From Gemmatimonadales bacterium (GTDB taxonomy: Bacteria; Gemmatimonadota; Gemmatimonadetes; Gemmatimonadales; GWC2-71-9): DNA of 64,000 bases. Below the pieces are notes generated by a model. The model was not told where the DNA came from, did no database searches, and saw nothing but the letters and a program-made list of their open reading frames with translations. The position numbers and the translations under genes were made by a program. Positions 1-9,117 of this stretch are shown here, piece after piece (within the stretch, counting starts at the first letter, position 1; each line of letters opens with the position of its first letter). The stretch lies in contig JBFGJG010000002.1 in assembly GCA_041577295.1 (NCBI GenBank), positions 179,167-243,166 on the forward strand, written 5' to 3'.

Positions 1-78
1 CTCGTCCCCGGTGCGTGGCTTGGAATGGCGCCGCCTCTACCGTGACGGCGGTGACTAGGGCGCCGCTGCAGGGCCGAA

Positions 79-264
79 CTAGCCGAGGCAGCGGAGAGCG
101 CGCTCGGCGCGGGCGAGCTCTCCTTTGATCGCGTCGAGCAGTGAGTGCTGCAGAGGGGTTTCGGCGCATTCTCGTAGCAGAGCCATGGCACAACGGACGC
201 CGGCAAGCGCCCATGCGGCGTCGCGAAGGGTCGCGTGACGTAGCGCCTCCGGGCCGTGTGGCAT
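79..264 (-). CDS. small helical protein, possibly a stand-alone degenerate HisKA/DHp-like hairpin
   Basis: 61-aa ORF from ATG at 264 filling the gap before archease; amphipathic two-helix pattern LAGVRCAMALLRE...LLDAIKGELARAERALRCL. Confidence 0.35.
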   Translation of the reverse strand: MPHGPEALRHATLRDAAWALAGVRCAMALLRECAETPLQHSLLDAIKGELARAERALRCLG

Positions 265-349
265 TGAGATCCAAGGTGTCACGCCAAACACGGTAGCCTG
301 ATGCGGCGCGACCGCGTGTACCCTTCCAGCGAGGACATGGTCCAAAATC

Positions 350-766
350 GTGTCGTACCGCCATCTGCCCCACACAGCAGACCTTCGCATTGAGATCACC
401 GCCAACCGGCGTGCCGGTTTATTTGAAGACGCCACGCAGCTGATTGCTGAGCTCGTGGCGGGGACGAGTCCCGTGGGACGGACCTCGGCGAAACGGATCG
501 AAGTGCAGGGCCATGACACCGCCGAGCTCTTGCTCAACTATTTGAGAGAACTGCTGTTCTTCTTCGCCACCGAACAGTTCGTTCCCCGTGAGCTCGAGCT
601 GAACGAGCTAGCGCGCGCAAAGCTCGCCGGCACCGTGCACGGTGAACCGTTCGATCCCTCGCGACACGAGACGCAGCCAGAGGTAAAAGCTGTGACGAGG
701 CACCAACTGGCAGCCGAAGCTATTGATAGCGGCGGCTGGCGAGCCGAGATCGTGTTTGACCTGTAA
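350..766 (+). CDS. archease (RtcB activator)
   Basis: N-terminal YRHLPHTAD and C-terminal EVKAVTRH...IVFDL archease signatures; directly upstream of rtcB. Confidence 0.93.
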   Translation: MSYRHLPHTADLRIEITANRRAGLFEDATQLIAELVAGTSPVGRTSAKRIEVQGHDTAELLLNYLRELLFFFATEQFVPRELELNELARAKLAGTVHGEPFDPSRHETQPEVKAVTRHQLAAEAIDSGGWRAEIVFDL

Positions 767-811
767 CGTGCAAGCGCGCGCTGTGGGTGTCCCCGCGATA
801 GGTTTACGGTT

Positions 812-2257
812 ATGACACCACCACGGATCGAGGTTGAGCAGATCGATCAGTTCCGGTGGCGGGTGCCGCAAACCGGCGGCATGCGCACCTGGGGACTCAT
901 CTTTGCTGACGAGTCACTGATGCGCGATCTCGAGGGAGATCAGTGTGTGCAGCAGGTAGTCAACGTCGCACACCTTCCCGGGATTCGGGGTCCGTCGATC
1001 GCGATGCCCGACATGCACTGGGGCTACGGGTTCCCCATTGGCGGCGTCGCCGCGTTCGACGAGCGCGAAGGTGTAGTCTCACCGGGTGGCGTGGGCTACG
1101 ACATCAATTGCGGAGTCCGGCTGCTGCGCTCGCCAATGACGCTCCAGGAGACGCGGCCTCTCCTGACCCGGCTGATGGACTCCCTATACGAAGGGATCCC
1201 TTCCGGCGTGGGAGCCTCACGTTCTGACCTGAAGCTCTCTCCGAAAGATCTGACAAGGGTGCTCACACGCGGCGCGCAGTGGGCCGTGGACGAAGGGTAC
1301 GGTGTTTCCAGGGACCTCGAGTGCATGGAGGCATCTGGTCGGCTCGAGGGTGATCCGGACGCGGTAAGCAACCGCGCGAAACAGCGGGGAACGAACCAGC
1401 TCGGAACGGTCGGCAGTGGGAACCACTTTGTCGAGGTGGGCTACGTGTCGGAGATCTACGACGAGGCCGTGGCCACTCGTCTGGGGCTGTCACGCAACAC
1501 GGTGACGTTCTTCATTCATTCTGGCTCGCGCGGCCTCGGCTATCAGGTGTGTGACGACCACCTCGACCGGATGGTGCGGGCATCGCAGAAATACGGAATC
1601 GCGTTGCCCGACAAGCAGCTCTGCTGCGCGCCTCTGCGAAGCCCCGAAGCGAAGGAGTACCTCGGCGCCATGAACGCGGCCGCCAACTATGCATTCGCCA
1701 ATCGCCAGCTCATGACGCACTACGTGCGGCGCACGCTCCAACGCGTTGTTTCCACCGAAGTGGCCGAGCAAACGGATCTCGTGTACGACGTCGCACACAA
1801 TATCGCCAAGTTCGAGACCCATACCGTAAACGGGGAGCGTAGCAGGCTCTGCGTCCACCGCAAAGGAGCAACGCGCGCCTTTCCACCTGGCCATGCCGAG
1901 TTGGCACCGCGTTTTCGGGATATCGGGCAGCCGGTGTTCATTCCGGGCGACATGGGTCGGTACTCATACGTCTTGGTTGGTACAGCGGGTGCTTTTAATG
2001 AGACGTTCGGTTCCACCTGTCACGGGGCCGGGCGACGCATGAGTCGCACCCAGGCGAAGAAAGCCGCACGCCCGCGCAATGTTCCCAAGGAACTCGAGGC
2101 GCGTGGGATCCTCATCAGAGCCGCGAGCCGACGCACGGTCGATGAAGAGATCCCCGAGGCCTACAAGGACGTCCGGCAAGTGGTGGACGTCGTCGATGGG
2201 GCTGGCATTGGTAAAAAGGTGGTGCAGCTCAAGCCAATGGGGGTGGTCAAGGGGTGA
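812..2257 (+). CDS. rtcB: RNA 2',3'-cyclic phosphate/5'-OH ligase RtcB
   Basis: MPDMHWGYGFPIGGV, GVGYDINCGVR, GTVGSGNHFVE, HSGSRGLG, HRKGAT, STCHGAGR, EEIPEAYKD motifs; 481 aa. Confidence 0.98.
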   Translation: MTPPRIEVEQIDQFRWRVPQTGGMRTWGLIFADESLMRDLEGDQCVQQVVNVAHLPGIRGPSIAMPDMHWGYGFPIGGVAAFDEREGVVSPGGVGYDINCGVRLLRSPMTLQETRPLLTRLMDSLYEGIPSGVGASRSDLKLSPKDLTRVLTRGAQWAVDEGYGVSRDLECMEASGRLEGDPDAVSNRAKQRGTNQLGTVGSGNHFVEVGYVSEIYDEAVATRLGLSRNTVTFFIHSGSRGLGYQVCDDHLDRMVRASQKYGIALPDKQLCCAPLRSPEAKEYLGAMNAAANYAFANRQLMTHYVRRTLQRVVSTEVAEQTDLVYDVAHNIAKFETHTVNGERSRLCVHRKGATRAFPPGHAELAPRFRDIGQPVFIPGDMGRYSYVLVGTAGAFNETFGSTCHGAGRRMSRTQAKKAARPRNVPKELEARGILIRAASRRTVDEEIPEAYKDVRQVVDVVDGAGIGKKVVQLKPMGVVKG

Positions 2258-2281
2258 GAAAGGCAGTGTGAGGGGCGAGGT

Positions 2282-2325
2282 AAAAAAAGACGGCCGGGCA
2301 TCCCCGAGGGGATCCCGGCCGTCTT
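2282..2325 (-). terminator. intrinsic terminator for a minus-strand transcript
   Basis: Minus strand GAAGACGGCCGGGATCCC-CTCG-GGGATGCCCGGCCGTC-TTTTTTT: long GC stem then U7 (A-run 2282-2288). Confidence 0.85.
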
Positions 2326-2343
2326 CGCACTGGCTACCCGGAG

Positions 2344-2591
2344 CCAGGGGATTGACTCCCGCTGTTCTTCTTCCTGCTGCCGCCGCGGTTGTTCGACCAG
2401 CGGATAGGCACCGCAGGAGCTCCGGCCTCCATCCACCAGCGGCCAGGCCAGGCCGTTGGCTTCGCCAGCGCGGGTGCTGCGAGTCCGATCGGGTCGCGGA
2501 CCGACCTCTCGCACTGCGCACTGAAGCACCGAATCAGTGCGGGTGAAGCGCGCGACTGGCCTCACCGGCTCAAGCGAGAGTGACCACCTGG
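2344..2591 (-). ncRNA. candidate structured non-coding RNA, family unassigned
   Basis: Ends pair with each other (2573-2581 with 2355-2363; 2587-2591 with 2344-2348) and enclose several nested helices; G-U pairs favour the minus strand; terminator follows; no convincing ORF. Confidence 0.5.
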
Positions 2592-2773
2592 ATCGTCAAA
2601 CGCGTGAGCCCTTGAAAGCTCTACGTTCTCCCCAGAATTCCTGCTTGAGCCCGCCACGCAGGGCGTGGTCAAGACTCGAAAGTCCCGACTCGATTTCTGC
2701 ATTGGCACGCCCAATATCGTGGCCGCACAGGAATCACGCAAGCGCCGATATTTATTCGGCTTACGTCCCTTCT

Positions 2774-2878
2774 TGTGGGTCCCATGTGGATGGATAATTG
2801 GTCTGGGGATGCGGAGTTCGGAGGTTTATCCACGACGTGTGGAATGTGTGCAAAACCGCTTTCCCGTAATGGTCCACA
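2774..2878. promoter_or_regulatory. DnaA-box cluster outside oriC
   Basis: TGTGGATGG 2785, GATGGATAA 2789, TTATCCACG 2826, TGTGGAATG 2838, TGTGCAAAA 2847 (exact TTWTNCACA on minus strand), TGGTCCACA 2870; weaker TGTGGGTCC 2774. Confidence 0.6.
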
Positions 2879-2918
2879 AACCAACACGAAAAGCGGAGAG
2901 GCGAGAGTGAGGGAGGCG

Positions 2919-3539
2919 CTACCCTTCCATTCCTACTTCGTCGTACACGTACTGATCTCCAGCCACCAGTGGGGCGAAGAGCAGGCCACCGCCACTGGTT
3001 GCAAACCAGCCTGCGAGCAGCACGTTGGAGACCGCAGGAGCTGGTGCTTGAAAGAGCGCTGCTAGCCAACGTCTTACATGCTTGAGCTCCGGCCCTCGAC
3101 GCGATAGCAACGAGATGACACTCCCAACCCCCTGCGTGGCACGGAGAAAATGCGCGATGGCGTGGACGCGTTGCGCAAACTCGTAGGCGCGCACTCCGGG
3201 TTCGTCGTATAGAAGCGACCCCTCGTACGGGTCCGCCGGTGGCGCATCGACCCGCGGTCCGAGGTACACGTAGATTCGCCGTCCATCGCGCCGCCGCTCC
3301 ACGACCGCCGCGGCCGTCTCGCCAGACAACCGGGCGGCGTGTAGCACATCCGAATCGTTGAGGATCCCGACGGTCACCGTCCACTCCAACGCGGCCAACG
3401 CGTTGTGGAGCGGGCAACCCATCTCCTCGTCGTACGCGATGAGGCGCGGTGCCTCACCGGCACGCTGAAAGAACCGACCGAGCGCTTCGGCTCGGTCCGA
3501 CGTCGCATGGGTCGTTCTCGAAATCGCGGGAATGGTCAT
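2919..3539 (-). CDS. hypothetical protein
   Basis: Globular-looking ORF MTIPAISRT...; TATTTT 8 nt upstream of ATG 3539. Confidence 0.8.
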   Translation of the reverse strand: MTIPAISRTTHATSDRAEALGRFFQRAGEAPRLIAYDEEMGCPLHNALAALEWTVTVGILNDSDVLHAARLSGETAAAVVERRRDGRRIYVYLGPRVDAPPADPYEGSLLYDEPGVRAYEFAQRVHAIAHFLRATQGVGSVISLLSRRGPELKHVRRWLAALFQAPAPAVSNVLLAGWFATSGGGLLFAPLVAGDQYVYDEVGMEG

Positions 3540-3704
3540 ATGCTTGCAAAATAACCCGACCGTGATGCAGCGCCTAGGTGTTGGAGCCATTTCCCGTGTG
3601 CGGGGTAGAGCTTCTGCGCCCACGTCGCGGGCACCGAGACGCCTGCGCGGTCACGCCATACTATCGCTGCGCGTGCAGGCTTGCTAAACTCTGGCCGAGG
3701 CTCG

Positions 3705-4289
3705 ATGCGAACATTTCTGCTTGCGTTCACGCTCCTCGCAATGGCGCCCACCTTGGCACAAGATGGCGACCGACTGCACCGTCGATGGGTCGGTACGCAC
3801 AGCGGTGGCTCTCTACATTTCGATTTTTACGGCGACACGTTGTTGGTGGTGAACGACCGGTTTGCAGTGAACTACCGGGCAACACGTGATTCTATCGTCG
3901 TGATGGGCGACACCACCTTCGCAGTATCGTACTGGTTCGCGCTCGATCGCATGTTGATCCGCACCGCGCAGGACGAAGTGATCACGCTGTCCGAGCAGAC
4001 CTCCCTCGCCCGACCACTCCACGGACGGTGGCGAGGGTCCCCGCTTGGATGGACAGACCGTGAGGTGGAACTGGTGTTGAGCCGCGGCGGATCGGCTCGT
4101 TGGCGAGCGACACCTGGTGGTGGCTGGAGTCAGGGCGAGTGGGATCGTGTTACCCGGATGATCACATTTACTTGGCTCCCGGACTCGGTTGTCTGGTCGG
4201 GGCAATACGATCCGACGGGGAACGCGCTGCTGTTCGAAGATGCGCCCCCTGGGGCTGGCATCCTCGTGCTACGCCGCGTGTTTCGCTGA
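3705..4289 (+). CDS. secreted beta-rich hypothetical protein
   Basis: Signal peptide MRTFLLAFTLLAMAPTLA; two similar units starting LHRRWVG and LHGRWRG (lipocalin-like GxW motif). Confidence 0.8.
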   Translation: MRTFLLAFTLLAMAPTLAQDGDRLHRRWVGTHSGGSLHFDFYGDTLLVVNDRFAVNYRATRDSIVVMGDTTFAVSYWFALDRMLIRTAQDEVITLSEQTSLARPLHGRWRGSPLGWTDREVELVLSRGGSARWRATPGGGWSQGEWDRVTRMITFTWLPDSVVWSGQYDPTGNALLFEDAPPGAGILVLRRVFR

Positions 4290-4305
4290 ACTCGCCTGCT
4301 GGGCT

Positions 4306-5163
4306 TCAGATCACCACAACTGGCGTGACATCATTACTTCGCCTGCGGAATGTTTGCTCCGCTCGATCCAGCGCCTGGGCAACGGCGGGGTCGGCGGAAT
4401 CGGGATACTTGACGCTTGATTCAATCACACCGGTAAACTGCCGCACCACGACGAGCGCGCGGGTCACCTCGCAGCGGGCGGGATCCGAATCGGTAAACCC
4501 TGACGTCAACAGTCCGCGAAAGAACGGCAGCGTGCGACGATCCGCGAGAACGTAAAGCGATTCGAGCAAGCGGGGGCTCAGAAACGTGCGGAGGTGGAGG
4601 TCGCCACGCACCGCGTTGAAGAGCCGGATCAGCTGAGCGGCTGCACCGTGCTCCGGATAATGACGTGCGGCTTCGGCAGCTGCTCCCAAGAACGCGTGAT
4701 GTGCCACCGGCGTGAGGTATCGGGCGAATAGCGGCCACTCGCGCTGGCGATGCCGCTCGGCAAGCCCGAGAAAGGCAAAGTACCGCCGGGCAAGCGGAGC
4801 CGTCCCATCGTCCACAACGGTTCTCAGACCGGCCGGCCCGTAGCGCTGTGCAACCAGTGCAGCGGCCGTCGCGTGCTGGAGACGCTCCAACTCCGGCAGG
4901 CGAAAGGTTCGGACTCGCAGCGCCGCTGGCTCGTCTCCGGCCGCTATGCGCGGCAGGTACTCCAGCAACCCCAGCAAGAGCGCGTCGACTTCTCTCAGCG
5001 GAGGCTCCCAGCGTAACACGTCCCTCCGGCGGGCGCGCCCGAGCGCATCCCACCCGACGTCGGCGACGTCGAGTGCATTCCATCTGGCTTCCAGTCTCGC
5101 TGGGGTCTGTGCCGTGGCAAGCTGCCGTAAGGCTTCGGCGAAGCGATATACCGGTTCCGGCAT
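4306..5163 (-). CDS. alpha-helical (HEAT-like) hypothetical protein
   Basis: 285-aa Ala/Leu/Arg-rich helical-repeat pattern; TACATT 7 nt upstream. Confidence 0.75.
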   Translation of the reverse strand: MPEPVYRFAEALRQLATAQTPARLEARWNALDVADVGWDALGRARRRDVLRWEPPLREVDALLLGLLEYLPRIAAGDEPAALRVRTFRLPELERLQHATAAALVAQRYGPAGLRTVVDDGTAPLARRYFAFLGLAERHRQREWPLFARYLTPVAHHAFLGAAAEAARHYPEHGAAAQLIRLFNAVRGDLHLRTFLSPRLLESLYVLADRRTLPFFRGLLTSGFTDSDPARCEVTRALVVVRQFTGVIESSVKYPDSADPAVAQALDRAEQTFRRRSNDVTPVVVI

Positions 5164-5317
5164 AATCAGGAATGTAGGGCGGTCGGCAGCGGGTCGCGAG
5201 CGTAGCGTACCATATTGCGCTCCTCCCTCGAGGACCTTCTTTTAAGCGGCGACTGCGCGAATCGTCAATGCGTAGCCGCTGCAAATCTGGGGCCGTTTCA
5301 CATGGGAGAATGAGCGG

Positions 5318-6439
5318 GTGGAGACACGATGTAGGTTGGCAGTCGTTCCTCTCATCGGGCTCGGGCTCGCCTGTGCGTCGGAGCCAGAGCCGATCCGTAT
5401 CGGGCTCGTGGGTCCGCTCTCCGAGACGCGGGGCGAGTCCATGCGTCTCGGTGCTGAGCTCGCGGTAAATGAGATAAACGCGCGGGGTGGCGTTGGTGGT
5501 CGACAGCTGCTGCTGGTCGCACGTGACGACAGCGCCACAGCCGAGCGAGCCGTGCGCATGGCCCTCGAACTCGCCGACACCCCAGGACTCGTGGCGGTAA
5601 TCGGACATCTCACGAGCACGGCGACTTTGGCAGCCGCTCCGATTTACAATCGTCCACGCGATCCGGTCGTAGCCATCTCACCCACTTCATCCAGCCCGGC
5701 GATTACCGCTGCGGGGCCCTTCACCTTTCGGATCTGCCCCGATGATGGTGTTCACGGCGCGCGCTTGGCAGTATGGGCAGCCGAGCGGATGTCCGCGCGC
5801 ACAGTCGCCGTGCTCTACCAAAACGACGATTACGGACGTGGAGTCCGGCGAGCCTTTACGCAGAGCTTTACGGCGCTGGGCGGAACTGTGATTTCCGACG
5901 ACCCCTACGTGGACGAACTCCGCAGCTTGGAGCCTTACCTCTCCCGAGCGGATCGACGAGGAAGACCGGACGGCATCATGGTGGCGGGGACGAGGGCGGG
6001 TGCTGAACGCGTCCTGCTCACCCTTGACTCGCTCGGGCGCCGCCCCCTGGTCTTTGGCGGCGACGGCTTGGCTGGACTCGAAACGTCCACGCTGGTCAAT
6101 CCGGAAGGTACGTACATCTCGACAGCGTACCTGCCGGATCTTGCCAGCGAACGCAACACGGCTTTCGTCGCCTCCTACCGGGCGGCGTACCAAGGTCGGG
6201 CGCCCGATCACCGCGCCGCCGGGACGTTCGACATCGTCTCGCTGTTGTTTCGAGCGCTCGAGGCCGGGAACGTCGACCGCCAGTCATTGCGCGACTATCT
6301 CGCTGGAGTCGGAACGGTGACACCGGCGTTCGAAGGCGTGACCGGCGTGATCGCATTCGACGAGCATGGCGACGTGCCCGCCAAAGAAGTGGTGGTTGGC
6401 GTTGTCAGCAACCGTCGTTTGGTTACGGCGGCACCATGA
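5318..6439 (+). CDS. LivJ/LivK-type substrate-binding lipoprotein
   Basis: Lipobox [53 protein letters not shown]. Confidence 0.92.
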   Translation: METRCRLAVVPLIGLGLACASEPEPIRIGLVGPLSETRGESMRLGAELAVNEINARGGVGGRQLLLVARDDSATAERAVRMALELADTPGLVAVIGHLTSTATLAAAPIYNRPRDPVVAISPTSSSPAITAAGPFTFRICPDDGVHGARLAVWAAERMSARTVAVLYQNDDYGRGVRRAFTQSFTALGGTVISDDPYVDELRSLEPYLSRADRRGRPDGIMVAGTRAGAERVLLTLDSLGRRPLVFGGDGLAGLETSTLVNPEGTYISTAYLPDLASERNTAFVASYRAAYQGRAPDHRAAGTFDIVSLLFRALEAGNVDRQSLRDYLAGVGTVTPAFEGVTGVIAFDEHGDVPAKEVVVGVVSNRRLVTAAP

Positions 6440-8139
6440 ACATCCTCGACCGACTGAACACCGTCACGGTCCGCATCGGCATCGCGCAGGCGACGCTGGT
6501 TGCTGGCCTCGTGGTGGTGGCACTGATCGGCGTGGCCGCCCTTCGCACCGTGAGTGAGAGCGTCAGCGAGGAGTTGCAGAACCTCGCGCGTCTCTCCGAC
6601 GTGAGCAGTGGACTCGTGGTGAGTCTGTTTGACGAGGTTCGCGCCGCCGAACAGTACCTTACAGACCAATCCGAAGCAGCCCGCAGCACGTTTGCCGCAG
6701 CCAGCGAAAACTCGTACGACTTCCAGCGTCGACTGCGGGCACTCCCCGATCTCACCGAGAACGACCGGTTGGTGGTAAACCGGCTCACCGCGCTCCAGTC
6801 GCGGGTAGAGGCGTGGTACTCACTCGCGCACGCCGAAAACGACCTCGGCCGACGAGAGGCCGCGATCGCCACAGCCACTGCTGGCCGTGCGCCCGCCGAC
6901 GAGCTGATGGACCTCGTCCGAGAATTCTCCCGAGTGCAGCGCCTCCGGACCGAGGCGACGGCCCGGTCGCTCGAACGGGCAGCACGCGAGCGGCGGTTTG
7001 CGGTGTGGGCGGTGCTCGCGGCGTCGGTCGCCATCGCCATTGGGGTGAGTCTCGCCGCCCTTTCGGGAGTCCGCAAACCACTCCTCCGACTCGAAGCTGC
7101 CGCAACGCGGTTTAGCGATGGTGATCTTCGCCCGTTCGACCTGGGTCGAGTGCCGGGTGAGCTTGCGGCCCTGTCGCAAGCCATCGGCCGAATGGGCGCC
7201 AAGCTCCGTACTCTCCTAGGTGAGGTGGTGCGCGAGGGTGAGCGGATCGCCTCCACCGCGGCGGATCTCTCGGCCATCAGTGAGCAACTCGCCGCGACGT
7301 CCGGTGAAGTGTCGACAGCCATGGTCGCGATGGCAGAAGCCGCGGATCGTCAGGTTACGGGGCTCGAGCTGACGGCGGCGGCAACGGAACAACTGCGCGC
7401 GGCGGCGCTCGAGAACAGGGACGTGGGTCAGCAGGTATCCCAGCTCGGTGGTGAGATCCGCCGACTCGCCGAGCGATACCGCCGTGATGTGGGCGGTGCC
7501 GCGACGGCGTTGCTCGACCTCGGCCAGGTGGTCGAGACGAGTGCCGCACAGGTCGAAGAGCTGGATCGGCTTTCCGAAGCGGTCTACGACTTCGTGGACC
7601 TCATCAAACGCATCTCGTCACAGACCAACCTGCTAGCCCTGAACGCCGCCATTGAAGCCGCCCGCGCGGGCGAGCATGGGTTGGGATTTGCTGTCGTTGC
7701 CGACGAAGTGCGTCAACTCGCCGACTCGAGCGCAAATGCGGCCGAAGAGATCTCGAGCACGCTCGAGACGCTGCGAGGAAAAGTGGGTGAGGTCTCGACG
7801 ACGATGACTACAGGGCGCAGCAAAGTCAGCGGTGTCGAAAGTGTTGCGCAAGGCGCTGCCAAGGCGCTCGAGACCATCGTGTCGGCCGTGCAGCGCGTGG
7901 AAGACGCCGCCGGACGTGTAGAACGGGCAGCGCAAGACAACTTGGAGGCGTCAGAACGAATTCGGTCGGTGATTTCAGGCATGACCGAGACTGCACAAGG
8001 GTATGCATCGTCCAGTCAGGAGGTCTCGGCGGCTGCACAGGAGCAAGGAGCCTCAACCCAGGAGATGGCAGCACAGGCCGCGCAGCTCAATGAGGCCGCG
8101 GATCGACTTCGCGCTGTTGTAAAAGGATTCCGAATCTAG
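6436..8139 (+). CDS. methyl-accepting chemotaxis protein
   Basis: Two TM segments, helical periplasmic domain, [42 protein letters not shown] overlap with the binding protein gene. Confidence 0.96.
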   Translation: MNILDRLNTVTVRIGIAQATLVAGLVVVALIGVAALRTVSESVSEELQNLARLSDVSSGLVVSLFDEVRAAEQYLTDQSEAARSTFAAASENSYDFQRRLRALPDLTENDRLVVNRLTALQSRVEAWYSLAHAENDLGRREAAIATATAGRAPADELMDLVREFSRVQRLRTEATARSLERAARERRFAVWAVLAASVAIAIGVSLAALSGVRKPLLRLEAAATRFSDGDLRPFDLGRVPGELAALSQAIGRMGAKLRTLLGEVVREGERIASTAADLSAISEQLAATSGEVSTAMVAMAEAADRQVTGLELTAAATEQLRAAALENRDVGQQVSQLGGEIRRLAERYRRDVGGAATALLDLGQVVETSAAQVEELDRLSEAVYDFVDLIKRISSQTNLLALNAAIEAARAGEHGLGFAVVADEVRQLADSSANAAEEISSTLETLRGKVGEVSTTMTTGRSKVSGVESVAQGAAKALETIVSAVQRVEDAAGRVERAAQDNLEASERIRSVISGMTETAQGYASSSQEVSAAAQEQGASTQEMAAQAAQLNEAADRLRAVVKGFRI

Positions 8140-8564
8140 CGGCGCTTAGAGCGCGCCTTCTTCGACGGGGCCGTACGGCGGGCTTTCGAGGCTGCGCTCT
8201 TCTTTGAACGGGCAGCCTTCTTTGTGGCCGCGGGCTTCTTTGTGGCAGCAGGCTTCTTTGTGGCGGCAGGCTTCTTCTTCGCAGTTTTCTTCGTGCTCTT
8301 GGGCTTCTTTCCTCGCGCTTTGCGGCCGCGCGACGCGGCGGTCACCTCTAGCAGAAGTTGCTCACCCTCGTCATTGCTGATCAGACCGCGCCGCGTAGCG
8401 TACTGGACTAGCTCCTGGGCATCCTCCAGCATGAACTCCCCAGTCCCGGCTCCCGCGCGGATCATGTTGACGATTGCATCCGCCACGGGGCTGCGAAGCA
8501 CGCTCGCAATCCCTGGAACGGACTCCAACAGCGCGGAAATCTGCGAGCCGCCGAGCTCGGGCAC
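8136..8564 (-). CDS. small protein with histone H1-like Lys/Ala/Pro-rich C-terminal tail
   Basis: Tail [27 protein letters not shown]...; GAGGAG RBS and sigma70-type promoter upstream. Confidence 0.85.
   Translation of the reverse strand: MPELGGSQISALLESVPGIASVLRSPVADAIVNMIRAGAGTGEFMLEDAQELVQYATRRGLISNDEGEQLLLEVTAASRGRKARGKKPKSTKKTAKKKPAATKKPAATKKPAATKKAARSKKSAASKARRTAPSKKARSKRR
8215..8279 (-). repeat. 18-bp tandem coding repeat (PAATKK x3)
   Basis: G(G/C)CTTCTTTGTGGC unit recurring at 18-bp period. Confidence 0.85.
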
Positions 8565-8599
8565 GTCCGGTCTCCTCTTGGTGGTTACCTTCGCGCGCC

Positions 8600-8628
8600 A
8601 AGCTAGCCGGTCCAGTGACCGACGTCAA
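8600..8628 (-). promoter_or_regulatory. sigma70-type promoter for the H1-like gene
   Basis: TTGACG-N17-TAGCTT on minus strand. Confidence 0.75.
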
Positions 8629-8711
8629 GCGGTGACCCAGTCGGTAGGGCAGTGATACAAGTTACTGTGATGAAATAACTTACTGGTGTAGCGTTGGGAT
8701 CTACGTAGCCC

Positions 8712-8981
8712 TCAACTCACCGGCTTTCGCGGTCGTACAGCCTCGCGTCGCAGCGACCGGGGCGCACGGCGCCAGAGCCGCCATTCGGACTGAGAGAGGA
8801 TTTCGCCCAGAACCGCCCGGGTTCGGCGGTCCACAGGCATGTCCAGGTGCATCTCGAGTCGGTACTCAGCCTGGTCACCACCCCGTCCCGCCAACACAAA
8901 CCCCGACTGAGCCGGCTGAACAGCGTCGATCTCGATGTCGGCAACCGGGACGAAGTCCTCGGTGGGGGGTTCTGTTGGCAT
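8712..8981 (-). CDS. hypothetical protein
   Basis: 89-aa ORF, GGAG upstream, protein-like composition. Confidence 0.7.
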   Translation of the reverse strand: MPTEPPTEDFVPVADIEIDAVQPAQSGFVLAGRGGDQAEYRLEMHLDMPVDRRTRAVLGEILSQSEWRLWRRAPRSLRREAVRPRKPVS

Positions 8982-9117
8982 GGGAGGCTCCCGGTGGCAG
9001 ATCTAGCAAGAGAGTGTGCCCCAATCCGAGGTGAGTCAAGTGGCTTCTTGGCGTCCTTTGCCACGCCCTCTGGGTTGGAGTAGATTTCGCTGGCTTTCTG
9101 GCGGGAGTGAGCGAGAC

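Noticed and set aside
1..58. Possible 3' end of a plus-strand gene (…GLEWRRLYRDGGD*)
   Set aside because: Too short to confirm or assign.
2161..2565. Minus-strand ORFs over the candidate RNA (also 1964..2521 and a 32-aa MEAGAPAV... frame)
   Set aside because: The two long ones read through the terminator into rtcB antisense and have no recognisable motifs; the 32-aa frame has no support, though a peptide is not excluded.
2344..2591. SRP RNA or tmRNA identity for the candidate RNA
   Set aside because: No SRP helix-8 motif (CAGG...GGAA...AGCAG in a hairpin) and no tRNA-like GGGG.../TTCGA...CCA ends.
5294..5309. parS-like CGTTTCACATGGGAGA
   Set aside because: Only one good half-site; a similar hit near 17165-17180 is explained by the CHVN codons.
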